A DNA stretch of 64,000 nt from the human T2T-CHM13v2.0 reference genome, Homo sapiens, in the NCBI RefSeq assembly GCF_009914755.1, contig NC_060933.1; one strand, 5' to 3'. Shown here in pieces: positions 25,022 to 39,162 of the stretch (position 1 is its first letter; the number at the start of each line of letters is the position of its first letter). A program made the translations under genes and the position numbers. A model generated the notes under the pieces. The model saw only the letters and a list, made by a program, of their open reading frames with translations, was not told where the DNA came from and did not search any database.

Positions 25022-28000
25022 GTCCAGGTCTAGTGCTTTAAAAAGGCAAAATGCAAACCCCCACTCCCTCCCACACTCACTGTGGCAACGTGCTGTCCCT
25101 CCCCAGGCACCAGCCATGTGTCCCCACACGCAGCCACACATACCCCTTCATATATGTGCTCCCTCAGCCACTGTCAAGCTTGTCACATCTGAGCACATGC
25201 ATGCTGCAGACATACAGGGTCACCCAAAGGCAGAGAGATGCCCCTGCCCCCAACACACGTGCTAGAATGCACATGTGCCCCACCGCATCCCACAGCACAC
25301 AGCCGCTGCCCCTGCAGGCCCAGAGGCCCTGGATACACACCCTGCTCCCTGCATATCTGCCAGACAGCAATCTCCTCAGGGCTGCGGAGAGGGGAGGAGG
25401 CAGGGCTCCATGCAGGGACTCCCCGACCCCAGAAGCTGGGAAGGAAACACCTCATGGAGTCCTGAAGAACGGCAAGCGGCTATTTCGAGGGGGCAGGGGG
25501 ACCAGGCAGGCGGTGCCGCCAGCTGAGACCTTCCACACTGGGCACTACCCACCTGCCCACTACCCCCAGCTGTCACCTCCCCAGCCACCCAGGGCCTGGG
25601 GCCAGGTGGACTGCTTCACCCTTGAACTCCAGTCCTGTCAACTGGGCAGCAGGGCCTGGAACTTGGCCTCAGGGAAGAAGGGGGTCGGGGGAGAGTGGGA
25701 TGCGTGGCCTGGGCAACTTACTCGCCTCCTCGGGGCCGTAGTTCTCCTACCTGAAAAAAACCTGTGGATTCAACTTAGGGCCTGCAAGTGTCCCTGCCCT
25801 CCACCCACACCCTGGCTCCCCAAGGGCAGCGGGAGCTGGTGGGCCATCGGCCATCTCCCTTCTGCAAAGCGGAGCAGACATTGGCTGCCATCTGCGGAGG
25901 GCCTGCCCATGCGGTGCCAGGGGCCTCAGGAACATCTCATACTCCCCCACATCCGTAGGCCCACAGAGGAGGCAATGGGGGTACAGAGGAGTTAAGGAAC
26001 CCACTTGTCTGGGTCCCCTGAGGTCAAGCCAGGGCTCCCATCCCACCTCCCAGGCTTCTCTCCCCTTGACCTCTAGACAGCCCGAACTTCCCTGCGGCTG
26101 CTGTTCCTGGTGAACATCGTGACAGATGACAGCACTAGTCAGGTGATTAATCAGCTGATCACTTGATCATCGGGACAGATAAGTGCTGCTGCAGCTATAG
26201 CCCAGCAGGGGTGGGGTGGGGTGGGGTGGGAGCGGGAATCCCTTTGGAATGGATTCAGGTCAGGTGGTGGCAGCCCCCAGGACTTAAATACCTTCTGCCA
26301 CCCTCCCCATGGTCCCACCCTCCCCACGGTCCCACCCTCCCAGTTTTGAACTTACATTACAGGCAAAGGGCACCCCCCCACACACACATCTGGGATCAGG
26401 ACAAAGTCCCAAGAGGGGCGGGTGCCAGAGGTGGGGGAAGTTCCTGGACTCAGGGCCTCTGGTTGGCCAAGGGTGCTTTCTTCTTTCTCTCCACTGGACA
26501 AGCCCACCCCTCCCTGCCTTCCTCCCTCGGAACACAAAGGTCAGATGGGCACACCTGACCTCTCGGGTGGTGTCCAGCAGAGAGGTCCTGCACCCTTCCC
26601 ATGGGAGCCCTTTCTGGACCCTAACCTAGAAAGAGGGAAGGACTGGGGTGCCCTCCAGCAGGCAGTGGGTCCCGGCCCCCCTTATCCTTCCCAGAAGGAC
26701 TGGGCAGCTCAATTCAGTTAATTATGTGCCCACCATGCAGTGCAGGGAGGGGAGGCCAACGTGGGGGAGGGGGTGGGGAAGGTCCTTAGTGCAGCACCCA
26801 CGCAGGGTGGGTGGGGCTGTGTGCCTGAATCTTCCCTCCCACCAACTGGCTTCCTGCAGCCTGTTCCTTGGTGCTGGGCTGGGGGCTCGCCTCATCCGCC
26901 CGCCTTCTTGGCGTGGCATCCGGCAAGAACGTGGGCCGGGGCTGCACGCACCTTGGGCTGTGGGCCGGCAGCTCCCCGCCACTGTCTGTGCTGCCCTCTG
27001 CCCTGCCCCTCCTCCTGTGGCACTCCAGCTGGGGGTGGCTGGGCAGAGTCCCCATGGGATCACCCTGAGCCCAGCCGACGACCCCCAAGTGAACATACGA
27101 GCCCAGTACCCAACTCCGGAGGTGGGCACACCCCTTGCCCATTTGACAGATGGGGCAAGGGAGGCTCAGAGGGGTGAAATCATGACCCAGGGTCACACAG
27201 TGAGCAAATGACCAGGGTCAGACTGGCATCCTGGCTCCATGAGAGCACCGGGAGTTCCTGCAGAGTTGTCACCAACAGTCCTACCCTCACTGCCATCCCC
27301 AGAGAGAACATCTGAGGCAACCAGGTCTCATAGCCTTCCCATCCCCAAAGTCCAACCCACTGGGCAGTGTGGCCCCACCTGCCTTTTCCCACCATTCTAC
27401 TGCCCCACCCTCTCCCAGGGTCTGGGGCTCCACCTCGCTCCTTCCAGGCTGGACACCCCTCATCCATGTTCTCACCTCGGCTCCCGCAGTGCCCAAGTCT
27501 GGGTGCAGGGTGGGTGCCCACAAACTAAGGCAGCCCCTATGGGAGCCCAAGGGCAGGGCTTTCTTACACCCTCACAGCAACTGCGGGGACCTCAGGGCAG
27601 ACAGGGAGGCTCAGAGGGGACCTGTGCTGCTTCTAGGATGCCCAGCAATAAGCGCTGAGCTGGAATTTGGACCCAGGTGTCCTGCTCCAAAGCCACCTGC
27701 CTCACCTGAGGACCAGGGGCCTGATGGCCGAGGTGGATGCCGACATGTGAGGAGGAAGGGCAGTGGCGGCCTGGTCCTGGTCCCCTCACTCTCCTGCCCC
27801 AAGGCCCCAGTAGGTGACATAATTCACAGGGCAATGTTTATGCACTGAACGGTAAACACACAGGCAGAGGGGTAGATGGGCCACCAATGGGGAAACTGAG
27901 GCCAGCGAGAAGGGACACACTAAGGTCACATAGTCAGTCGGTATCAAAGTTGGCCCAGAACCACAGTCCCCTGTTCCAAGGGCTGTACCCAGCCCAACCA

Positions 28001-28376
28001 CAACCTGGCATGCCATCCAGCCCCAGGCCAGGGAGCCCACGGCTGCAGGGCGGCAAAGCACACGGTACCACACGTGGTACCCCATGGCCCCACACACTCT
28101 GGCTGGCACCGAGCCATCGCTGTGCTTTCTGACCTTGCGTTTTCTGACATTCTGCCACTGTCAACTCTCACTCAGGTATCCAGGAAGCGGCCTCTGTTGC
28201 TAGGGGACTGGCTTGATGCCGGGTGGCTGGCAGAGTGGGGAGATGGGGAGGGGGGAGTGGACTGGGGTGTCCCTCAGGAAGGATCCAGGGGCAGAGTCTA
28301 CTGGGTCCTGTGTCAGGGTGGAGGGCCATGAGAAGTATCTGAGGAAACTCAGCAGGTCAGGCCCCTTCCTCCCCAG

Positions 28377-28824
28377 GCTCTAATGAAGGTCCTGGACCCT
28401 GGTCTCTGCATTTTCTCTTTCAGCCTCAGAGTCTTCTTTTTGGGCCAGGGGTGGGTGTGCGCTGGTGGGGGTTGGAAGTGAGCCATCGGAAAGCCCATCG
28501 GAAAGCCCCAGCCCGGAGCCTTCCTGCAGGCAAGTATTTTGGGGGCCAGCAGTTGCCAAGCAACTGCTCTGGGTTGCCACGGGAACACTCCCTTTTTTCT
28601 GGGGCTTGTCATTCTTAGGGGGATGCCACAATGCTTCCCGTTCCCTTTCCTCTCCACTTCCTCACCCTGGCTTGGCTGCCCTGGGAGGGGACACTGGGAG
28701 TCCATAAGCTCACACCCCACCCCTATGGGGGGGCCCACATACCCCTGGCCCTAAGACTCTTTGAGGCTCCAGAATCAAGAACCCCCAAAATGCAAAGCCC
28801 AGAGTCCAAGGCCTTCATTAGAGC
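28377..28824. repeat. Imperfect long inverted repeat (arms ~28377-28452 and ~28741-28824)
   Basis: The outer 38 bp match 33/38 as reverse complements, followed by matching blocks agcctc, agagtctt and gggccaggggt. Confidence 0.85.
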
Positions 28825-29565
28825 AGGGAGACGATGAAAGGGGCTCATTAGCTCTGTTTATGTCTCCTTGCCGCCATTAACCACCACTTGGGGCCTAGGG
28901 CCTCCCAGCCCCGCCCTGCCCAGCAGCCGGGCCCAGCCCTGACCGTTGGAAGGCCACTGTAATTGGAAGGAATGTGGTCCTGGTGCCTGGCCCTTCCCAG
29001 GCTTGTGTGCACACGGGGAGGCGCCATTGCCAAGCTGCCACTACCTAGCTGTGGGAGTTCCTTCCCCTTCCAGTGCCTCAGTTTCCCCACCTGGAAGTGA
29101 GGATGGCAGTGGCACTTATCTTGCAGAGTGCTGAGCAGATACAAGGGACACTTTAGCACAAGGCCTACAGGCTGGCTGTCATCACCAGGCACCTCTGCAG
29201 CAGGGGACAGAGGGAAGGACTCTGTGGAGAATAGTCCTGTGGCTAGCGTGCAATGGTGACTGACCACGCCACTGATGGCAGAGTGGCCACTGAATCCAGG
29301 TCCCCAGGCTCGCAGCCCATGCCTTCTCCACAAGATCTGTCTGCCCCATACCCCTGAGCCTTCCACAGAAGCCAGGGTGCTTCCCACAGGCCAGGCACCC
29401 AGCGCCAGCCAGGTGTACAGAGGCCAGTATCTGCTGTGTGAATCAATCGCTGAACCAACTGTCAAGGACCAGCAGCCTCAGGGGCGGGCCTGGTAGCTCG
29501 GTGAGCGAGGAGGTGGTGGGAGGGCCTTGTGCGGGTAGGGAGGTGACAGTAAGAAATGGCCTCTT

Positions 29566-29830
29566 GCTGGATGCAGTGTCTCAAGCCTTTAATCCTAGCA
29601 GTTTGGGAGGCCGAGGCGGGGGGAATCCCTTGAGCCCAGGTGTTTGAGACCAGCCTGGGCAACATGGTGAAACTGTTTCTACAAAAAAAATCCAAAAATT
29701 AGCTGGGAGTGTTGGCGTGCACCTGCCGCCCCAGCTACTCTGGAGGTCTGAGCCCAGGAGGTCGAGGACGCAGTGAGCCGTGATCTGGCCCCTGCACTGC
29801 AGCCTGGGCCACAGAGCAAGACCCTGTCTC

Positions 29831-29868
<38 letters not shown>

Positions 29869-29878
29869 CAACAACAAC

Positions 29879-29909
<31 letters not shown>

Positions 29910-29910
29910 T
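29566..29910 (+). mobile_element. AluJ-like SINE with (AAT)n(AAC)n(AAT)n microsatellite tail at 29831-29907
   Basis: Diverged Alu consensus and trinucleotide tail. Confidence 0.88.
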
Positions 29911-30678
29911 AAAGGAATGGCTTCCACTCATTCCACTCCTGGGCCAGCGGCCCGCTGTGCACTCCGCTCCCTTTCGCTGATGCCATGTGAGCAGCTCCAT
30001 GGCGGGGACCTGACCCCTGCTCCTCAGCCCCACACTGCCTCGCCCCTTTGTATATCAAAGGCGCCTCTGAGGGGCTGTGCTGACCCCCACCAGGAGCAGC
30101 AGGACCACCTCAGGCATCCCAGCTCCCCTGAGGCAGGGTCTGGGGCTGGGGTTGGGGGGAAGGACCCCTCAAGTCTCTATCTGCACAGACAGCCCACCCG
30201 TGCCCAGGGCTGCCTTCCGAGCACCCGCAGACCTGGGCCTGCAGTAACAGGAGAGCTATCTGCAAACCGCAGTGTCATCAGCCGCACGGCCTCTGGAGAG
30301 GCCTGAGAAAGGCCGGCTCAGCTTGCAGGCGAGGAACCAAACGAAAGGCAAACTCCTGGCCCCTGCAGCCTCGCAGGTCCCCTATCCCTCCTCCCTGCCT
30401 TCCTTTCCGCCCCGCTGACACCACGGTCTGCAAACCATGGTCCTCCTCGCCACCCCTGTCACCTCCTCCTCCGCCCCCCGCCGGCCTCCGACGCAAAGTC
30501 GCCACCCAGTCACCCCGCCTCGGCCCCGCCTGGTTTGATTTCCTCCCGTGTGTGTCACCCATGAGGTGGCCGTGCCCCTGGCCTGTTTACAGCTGTGCGC
30601 AAGCTCCTCGCGACCCGAAAGCGAGACCTTTGTCTGCGGCAGCTCCGCGCCGGGCTGGGCGGCCGCACGGGAGGGCAC

Positions 30679-30694
30679 AGCGCCACCTGCTGGT
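30679..30694 (-). promoter_or_regulatory. CTCF-like motif in a small CpG-rich patch
   Basis: Minus strand reads ACCAGCAGGTGGCGCT, close to the CTCF core consensus. Confidence 0.6.
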
Positions 30695-30865
30695 GCTGCC
30701 GCCAGAGCGCGCCAAGCTGAGGAGCAGGTGGGCTCCGCTCACGCCCCCACACCCCCTAGCTGGGGGCTGGGTTCCTGCGATGTCTTCCGACTCCCCGCTG
30801 CTCCCCTAGTCCCCGTAGGCACGCGGGTACCCGGCCTTTGGGAGGGGGATCATTCCCAATACTCC

Positions 30866-31300
30866 TGTTACGGGTTGAACTGTGTCCCTGAACAAAAAGA
30901 TCTCTGGTACCCGTGAATGAGATCTTATTTGGAAATAGGGTCTGTGCGGATAGAATCCGGATGAGGTCATACTGGATTAGGGTGGGCCTTAATCCAATGA
31001 CTGCTATCCTTATGATAACAGGGAAAATTGGACAGACACGCACAGGCGGACAGACACGAACTGATGAAGGCACAGTTTGCAGTCACACGTCTACAAAACC
31101 AGGAACGAATGCCAAGGAAACTGGCAGCCACCAGAGGTTGGAAGATGCAAGGAAGTATCCTCTCCTAGAACCTTCAGAGACAGCATGGCCTTGCTGACCC
31201 CTGGATTTTGGACTTCTGGCCTTTAGAACTGTGAGAGAATACATTTCTGTTGTGTTGAGCCACCCAGCACTTTGTGACAGCAGCCCAGGAAGCTGACCCG
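30866..31300 (+). mobile_element. MLT1 (MaLR) solo LTR; related fragment ~31940-32060
   Basis: tgttacgggttgaactgtgtccc...ttatttggaaatagggtc...gaggtcatactggattagggtgggcc...gacttctggcctttagaactgtgagagaata. Confidence 0.8.
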
Positions 31301-31539
31301 ATAGACACTGGTCCCAGTCATCACCCTCTGTGCCATCACCACACCTCCCCTCCACGAATCAACCACGACCACAGGACACCTCCTTCTGGAATCTCTCTGT
31401 GCCCACGCACTCCCCAGATGAGCACTTCCCCTTCCCCTGGCAACTCCCCGGATTCTTGTTACCCCCACCCCCCGCCCCGGCATGGCCTGGGCCCAGGAGA
31501 CAGATACGAAATGAATGAGTGAATATCCACCTTTGCTAC

Positions 31540-31603
31540 TTCGTCATATTCAGATGTTCGTAAAAATCTGTATGTTCGTCATATTCAGATGTTCGTAAAA
31601 ATC
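31540..31603. repeat. Perfect 29-bp tandem duplication with 6-bp spacer
   Basis: ttcgtcatattcagatgttcgtaaaaatc at 31540-31568 and 31575-31603. Confidence 0.95.
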
Positions 31604-32259
31604 AAGTGGCAGCAGTGCTGGGGGTTAAGGAAATGGGGAGAGTGATGGCAGATGTGTGAGGGGAGACAAGGGGCACTTCCAGGTACTCACAGCCACCCTG
31701 GGAGCTGGGACAGCCAACCAGTGTGTTCTCATGCTCCCAGCCCCTGAGGCTCAGAGAGGGGAAGCCATCTGGGTCACCAAGCTCCTGCCTCTTGCCAGTT
31801 CTGTGACCCCAAACTAGCCATTGTGCCTTTCAGGGCCTCCCCAGTCTCCTGACCTGCACAATGGGGATGGTTCTAACGTCTACTTCCTGGGGACATCACC
31901 ACGCTAATGTGAGACAATACTACAAAACCTGTTAGCTGCCTCACAGACTTAGAGATGGAAGGATTAGGAAGGAAAAGGGCCTTCAGAGACTGCAGGGTCC
32001 TGCTGACCCCTGGATTTTGGACCTCTGGCCTTTACAACTGTGAGGAAAGAAACTTCTCACAGGGGCGAGACACAGCCCGGAATACAAGTCGGACAGGCTG
32101 GGCACTGGTGCTGTGATCTGGGGAAAGTCACTCCCTTCTTGGTCTGGTTTCCTCATTTGCACCATGAACGGGTTGAAAATGAAGCAAAAATCAGATATCG
32201 GCCCCCTGTGGCATATGGGAGCATCTTCCAATGGGAACACCTTCCAATGGCTCCCATGA

Positions 32260-32577
32260 TGTTTGTTTGTTTGTTTGTTCGTTTGTTTATTGAGACAGGG
32301 TCTGGCTCCGTCGCCCAGGCTGGAGTGCAGTGGCATGATCTTGGCTCACTGCACTCATCACCTCCCAGGTTCAAGTGATTTTCCTGCCTCAGCCTCCGGA
32401 GTAGCTGGGATTATAGGCACCTGCCGAGACACCCAGCTAATTTTTGTATTTCTTTTTTGTAGAGACGGGGTTTCACCACGTTGGCCAGGCTGGTGTTGAA
32501 CTCCTGACCTCAGGTGATCCACCCGCCTCGGCCTCCCAAAATGCTGAGATTACAGGTGTGAGCCACCGCGCCCAGCC
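32260..32577 (-). mobile_element. Alu SINE
   Basis: Antisense Alu consensus with (gttt)n tail. Confidence 0.9.
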
Positions 32578-32621
32578 TCCGTTATGTTTAGAATCAGGCC
32601 TGACTGCCTCCTCTCAGACAC

Positions 32622-33163
32622 TGTCCCAGGCAGCCTCCACACTGGCCCCAGAGATCCCTGCCTCCTGGTACATAAGTTGCTGAGTGATCCCCTTCCTCCG
32701 AGGGTGATTGGATTTAGTGACTGGCTTCTCACCAACAGAACACAGCACAGGTGATGTGAGGTCACTTCCAAGATTTACAAAAAACTATGACTTCTGTCTT
32801 GCTTGTTTGCTCTTGTTTTCCTCCCCACCTTCACCCCTCACTCTGGGGAAGTGAGTTCTGATGCCGTGAGCTGCCTGCCCTACAGAGAGACCCACATGGC
32901 AGTGAACCAAGGGAGGGCCCCCACCAACAGTCACAGAAGAACTGATGCCCTCAGTCAAAACTGAATCCTGCCAATAACATGAGAATGGCCTGGGGGCGGG
33001 TCCTGCCCAGTCCAGCCATGGATGAGACCCCAGTCCCAGCCTCCCTTGAGACCTGGGGGCAGAGGCACCCAGCTGAGCTGCCCTGGATCTGGGTCCACAG
33101 AAACTGTGTGATGATCAATGTCTGTTGCTGGAAGCTGTACATTAGGGTAGTGTTGTCACATAG
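32622..33163 (+). mobile_element. MLT1F/G-like MaLR LTR
   Basis: Motifs tagtgactggcttct..gtcacttccaagatt..cccacatggc..actgaatcctgccaataac..cccagctgagctg..cacagaaactgtg. Confidence 0.65.
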
Positions 33164-35048
33164 CTGTCCACAGGCCCCTGGGCTGCCCCTCCCACCCCCA
33201 GCTCACTTGGGCCACACTGGCCTCCTTTCTCACTCCTCTCTGGCCAAACTCATTTCTGCCTCCCAGCCCTGCCTGCTGAGCCTTCTCCATCACACTGTCC
33301 AGACTCGTGCAGGGCTGGCCCATGCTTTGTCTTCTGGTCACAGCACAGATGTCCCCTTAGCGAGACCTCTCAGATCCCCACCCAGCAGGCCCCAGCCCTC
33401 CATGGCAGCCCCGGCATTATTTTCGCTGCAGCACTGCTTTTTCCTTTCTGTGCCTGTTTGCTTTTGTGCCCTGTCCATCGCCCCCTCCAGACTGCCAGCT
33501 CTGGAGGGCAGGCCCCCCTGGGTCACTTTCAGAGCCACGCCCAAGCCCAACGCTGCCCCCCCACAACCCAGGGTGAGTGCTTGGGCACACCTGCTGAAGG
33601 GAAAGAGGAAGCTCTTGGAGCCCCCTCCCGCCTCTGAGCAGCTAACATTGTGGAGAGGGATGCTAGTAATGGGGGGTGTGCATTGGGTAGAGGCCGGGGT
33701 CCCCCAGAGGGACCCTGCCGGGCTCTCCCTGACTCCAGTTGCTCCAATGAGTACAGTGGGCACTGCCTCCCCCTGGTGGCCGGCACTAGCACAGCAGCAG
33801 CAGCCTCAGGCAGAAAACCCAGAAAACAAAACACACACCTTTGTTTGGGTGTTGTCAAGGTAGCAGCTCTCCTGAGTCCCAGGGGGTCAAAGGAGCAGAA
33901 CCTGCAGGCTCCAGGGGTAATTCAAGGCGCCTCAGAAGCTTCATTTGCTCCCCTCTTTCCCTCTGCTGGTCCTGGGGTGTCCAGTTCACTCGTGAGGCCT
34001 CCTCACTCCAACCAGGGCAACGGCTCTGGCCCCACTTCCAAATAAGAACCCTGAGGCTCCAACAAGGACAGTCTTGTCCCACAAGAGTTGTCCAGTGCTT
34101 GGCCACGCTCTGCACCACCCCAGGCCCTCAGCCCTTCAGCCCCCCCGGCTTCTCTTGCTCAGAAGAACCTCCAAGAAGAAGGCATTTTCCACAGACCTCG
34201 GTGGGTAGTGGGGGCATCCCCAGTGGAGACCTAAGGCCGACAGACACGTCTACGAGCCTGTGGGACCCTTGGAGTCACCCAGGCCAAACATTCCAATTTA
34301 TAGAGCAGGAATTTGAGGCTTCCTTTCCTACAGCCCCGTCCACACTGAAGGGGTCTTTTCCTGCTTCCAGGTGATCACAGCGGTGAACACAGAACCCCAC
34401 AATCTGTCCTCTCCAGGCTGCCCCAGCCCAGACAGATCCTGGGAACCTTGGAGAATCCCCGCCCATCAAGCTGGCGTGTCCTCCCCTTGCCCCCCACCCC
34501 GTGCCATGGCCCCAGGCATGTTGCTGGGTACTGGATGCCCCTGCCCGTGGCAGAGTAGCCCCCGCCCTCTTTCTTCTTTCCCCCAGTCACTTCCCCAGCG
34601 TCCCGTCCTACTCTGAGCCCCAGGAAGTGTGTGGTGTGTGTGTCTGCGTGTGTGTGAGCATGTATGCGCAGGCCTGCGCCTGTACGTGCGCGGAGAAGCC
34701 CAGGCAAATGAGCCCACATGGGAGATGGGCAGGGGTCCCCAGGATCTTAGAGGCTGTCATTCCCAAAGCAAACCCCACGGGAAGGGTGAGCCGAGCCCTT
34801 CCTGGCCTAAGAGGCCGGAACCCTCCCTTCATCTCTGGACTCCGCCAACTTCGTGTGCCCCGGGCGAGTCCCTGCCCCTCTCCTGTCCTCAGTTTCCCTA
34901 CTGTCCCGGGCGGGGTTGGACGCGGAGCTGCGTAAGCGCACGCTCAGCGTGGACGCGGCGCCGGGCTCCCTCCCCCCGGTGGGTGTGGGCTGGGGCATAC
35001 GGTCCTCCCTCCACCCGCGACGCGAGGCTGGGGACGGCGCGCACTCAC

Positions 35049-35066
35049 CTGGCAATCTACCATCAT
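35049..35066 (-). CDS. RALGDS: RALGDS distal alternative first exon, coding part MMVDCQ
   Basis: ATG ATG GTA GAT TGC CAG|GTGAGT with a phase-0 donor at 35048. MMVDCQ-SSTQEIGEEL is the recalled N-terminus of the short RalGDS isoform. Confidence 0.9.
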
Positions 35067-35750
35067 CCTCAGCCTCGGTGGCACATCGCCGGCCCCAGGG
35101 CGGGACCCGGGGCTCGCAGAGGCCGCTCGCCTGGGCCCGCGCGCGGCGCAGGGGTGCGCCCGGCTGCGGGGCTCATGGCGCGGCCTCCGGTCCCCGCCGG
35201 GCCCAGGACTCTGCGGCCCTCGGGGCCGCCCCGGCAGCCGCCAGCGCCGCTCCCATTGTCTGCGCCGCGCCGCGCTCCGGCCGCTCGGGCCTCGCCGCTC
35301 GGTTCCGCCCCGGCTCCCCGGGCTCGGGCCCGGGTGGGCGGGGACAGCCGCGGCCCCGCCCCAGCCCGCCCGCAGGTGCGAGGGGCGCGCCCCGCCGCGT
35401 GAGCTCGGGGACGCGCTCGGGGGCGCGCTCAGGCCTCCCTCCCGCGGGCCGACGCGGGTGTTCCCCCCGCGGGGCAGCCGGGCCTGTTGTCCAAGGCCGG
35501 GCGCGCACACGGGGCCTGCGCGGGACCGCAGACAGCGCGTGCACGTCACTCCGCTTCGCCGCGCGCACGCGCCACGCTCCCAGCGCCATGTGCGGCCGAT
35601 CTCACGTGTCCGTCCGCCCCAGCCGCCTGCTCAGTACTCCCCACCCCGCTAGGACCTAGGGCCAACCTCGCCCCAGCCAGGCGGGGGCCGCTGAGTCGGC
35701 GCGCCGGCGTCACCAAATATACACGTTCACCCTGGCGCCCAGCACCCCGA

Positions 35751-35764
35751 TGCCACCTGCTGGA
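35751..35764 (-). promoter_or_regulatory. CTCF-like motif between the GBGT1 3' end and the distal RALGDS promoter
   Basis: Minus strand reads TCCAGCAGGTGGCA. Confidence 0.55.
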
Positions 35765-36018
35765 CTCGGCTCGGCGGATGGCTGGGAGCTGGGGGACCCG
35801 AGGTGACAGCGAACTCAGCCTGGGCAGGGAGAAAGTCAGGTCTCCCCTTCCCCTCCTCTTCCCCACCTCCCTCCTTGTCTTCCCTGACAGCACCCGGGAC
35901 CACAAGGTCCAGCTGCAGCTTCAGCTGGTGTAAGATGGGGCTCAAGGGAGCCTGGGGGAAGGAGGCCTCACACTGGGGTTGAGCGACTGTTGGGGGTAGT
36001 CAGTGTTATTAGGGCTAA

Positions 36019-37284
<1,266 letters not shown>

Positions 37285-38612
37285 TGAGTCCAGCGCTTGG
37301 GCCCCATATATATTGATCCCCCTGCTGGGACAGGCCTGCGGTGACCCCTGCCTCCTAGCCTGGCATTCAGAACCCTGTGTGACCTGGTCCCTATACCCCA
37401 ACTCTAGCCTCCTGGGGCCATCCTGACCCAGGGACCCCATCAAGCCCCTGCCCCTCTCAGAGCCCCCTGCCAGCACTGCCCCTCCCTGTATCCTCCTCCA
37501 CAATGCACTCACCTTCAGAGCTGCACTCCTCCCACCCTGTGCAGAGCACAGTCTTGAACCCAGATGACCTGGGTTCAAACCTGCAGCTGAGCCACATCAC
37601 AGGCAAGCTCATGGTGACCTCTCAGAGTCTCAGTTTCCTCTACTGAAAATGAGTCAGGGACTCCCACCCGGGAGGGTGTGCCAGGGGTAAAGCTGGGTGT
37701 AAGTGGGGTGAGGGGGGTATGGGGGACTTCTCCCCTGCTAGGTGGAGCTGCCCAGGCCTCAGAGTCTGCTGTCACCTCAGGTCCCCCATCTCCCAGCCAT
37801 CCACCCAGCTGAGTCCAGCGCTCCATGGCCCTCTCTGTGCTTTCAACAGAAGCTCCTCGGAGGCAGGGCCTACTCCTTCAGCACAGAACCCCTCCCCTGG
37901 AGCAGGTGCTCCCTATGAGGGACACAGAGGCCATGGTTCCATTCCTGCCCCTCTGCCCAGGAGGCACTCAGTGCCCCTTCAAGACTCCAGGCCTCTCCAG
38001 CCCAGTCTGTCTCCTCCAACTGGTCACTCCATCTGTCCACGCTCTTCGGGTCTGTCCCTGCTCGCCAGCCAAACCACAGGTGAAGGAAGAATGAACTCAG
38101 GGCTGGCCCCAGCTTTTCCACGGGTGACCAAGTGGGTGGGTGCCTGCCCGTTCCAGTATGACCAGAGTCTACCCCACCCTCCTTTCTGTCTTCTCCTTCC
38201 ATGAAAAAGATGCTGCTGTCTCCAGGGCGGTGAGCACCAGGCCGCCAAGCCCTGAACCCATACCCCACCCCATCTCTGCGTGGCCAGGCAGACAGAACCA
38301 CACTGTAGGCCTCTGAAGTCCTTCTGGATCCAGACTGGAGAGGTCATCTTCCCATGCCCTCTAATCCTGGCCTGCACCATTGGCTCAGAGTCCCACGCCC
38401 ACTGGTGACCTCACAGGGCTGCAGTGACCCTGGATACGGGAGCTCCCAGGGTTGTCCGGCTGCTGGGCTCCATACCCCTCTACACAGTTGGGAGTGTGGT
38501 GGCTCTGCCAGCATGCTCCACTTCACCCAGTCTCCCTGGAGAACTGGAATGAAATCCTGTCCGTTGTAGCCTCTAGCTTTAGCTCAGATTTTCTGGAGTA
38601 ACTATATCCCTA

Positions 38613-39162
<550 letters not shown>

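Larger units (their letters stand above)
34850..35800. promoter_or_regulatory. CpG island / distal RALGDS promoter
   Basis: Dense CpG and GC boxes surrounding the MMVDCQ exon. Confidence 0.88.

Noticed and set aside
29581-30058. Poly-Leu, poly-Ile and poly-Asn ORFs
   Set aside because: Alu plus its (AAT/AAC)n tail.
31190-32050. ~50-bp similarity between 31191-31240 and 32001-32045
   Set aside because: Both are homologous parts of MLT1 LTRs, not a local duplication.
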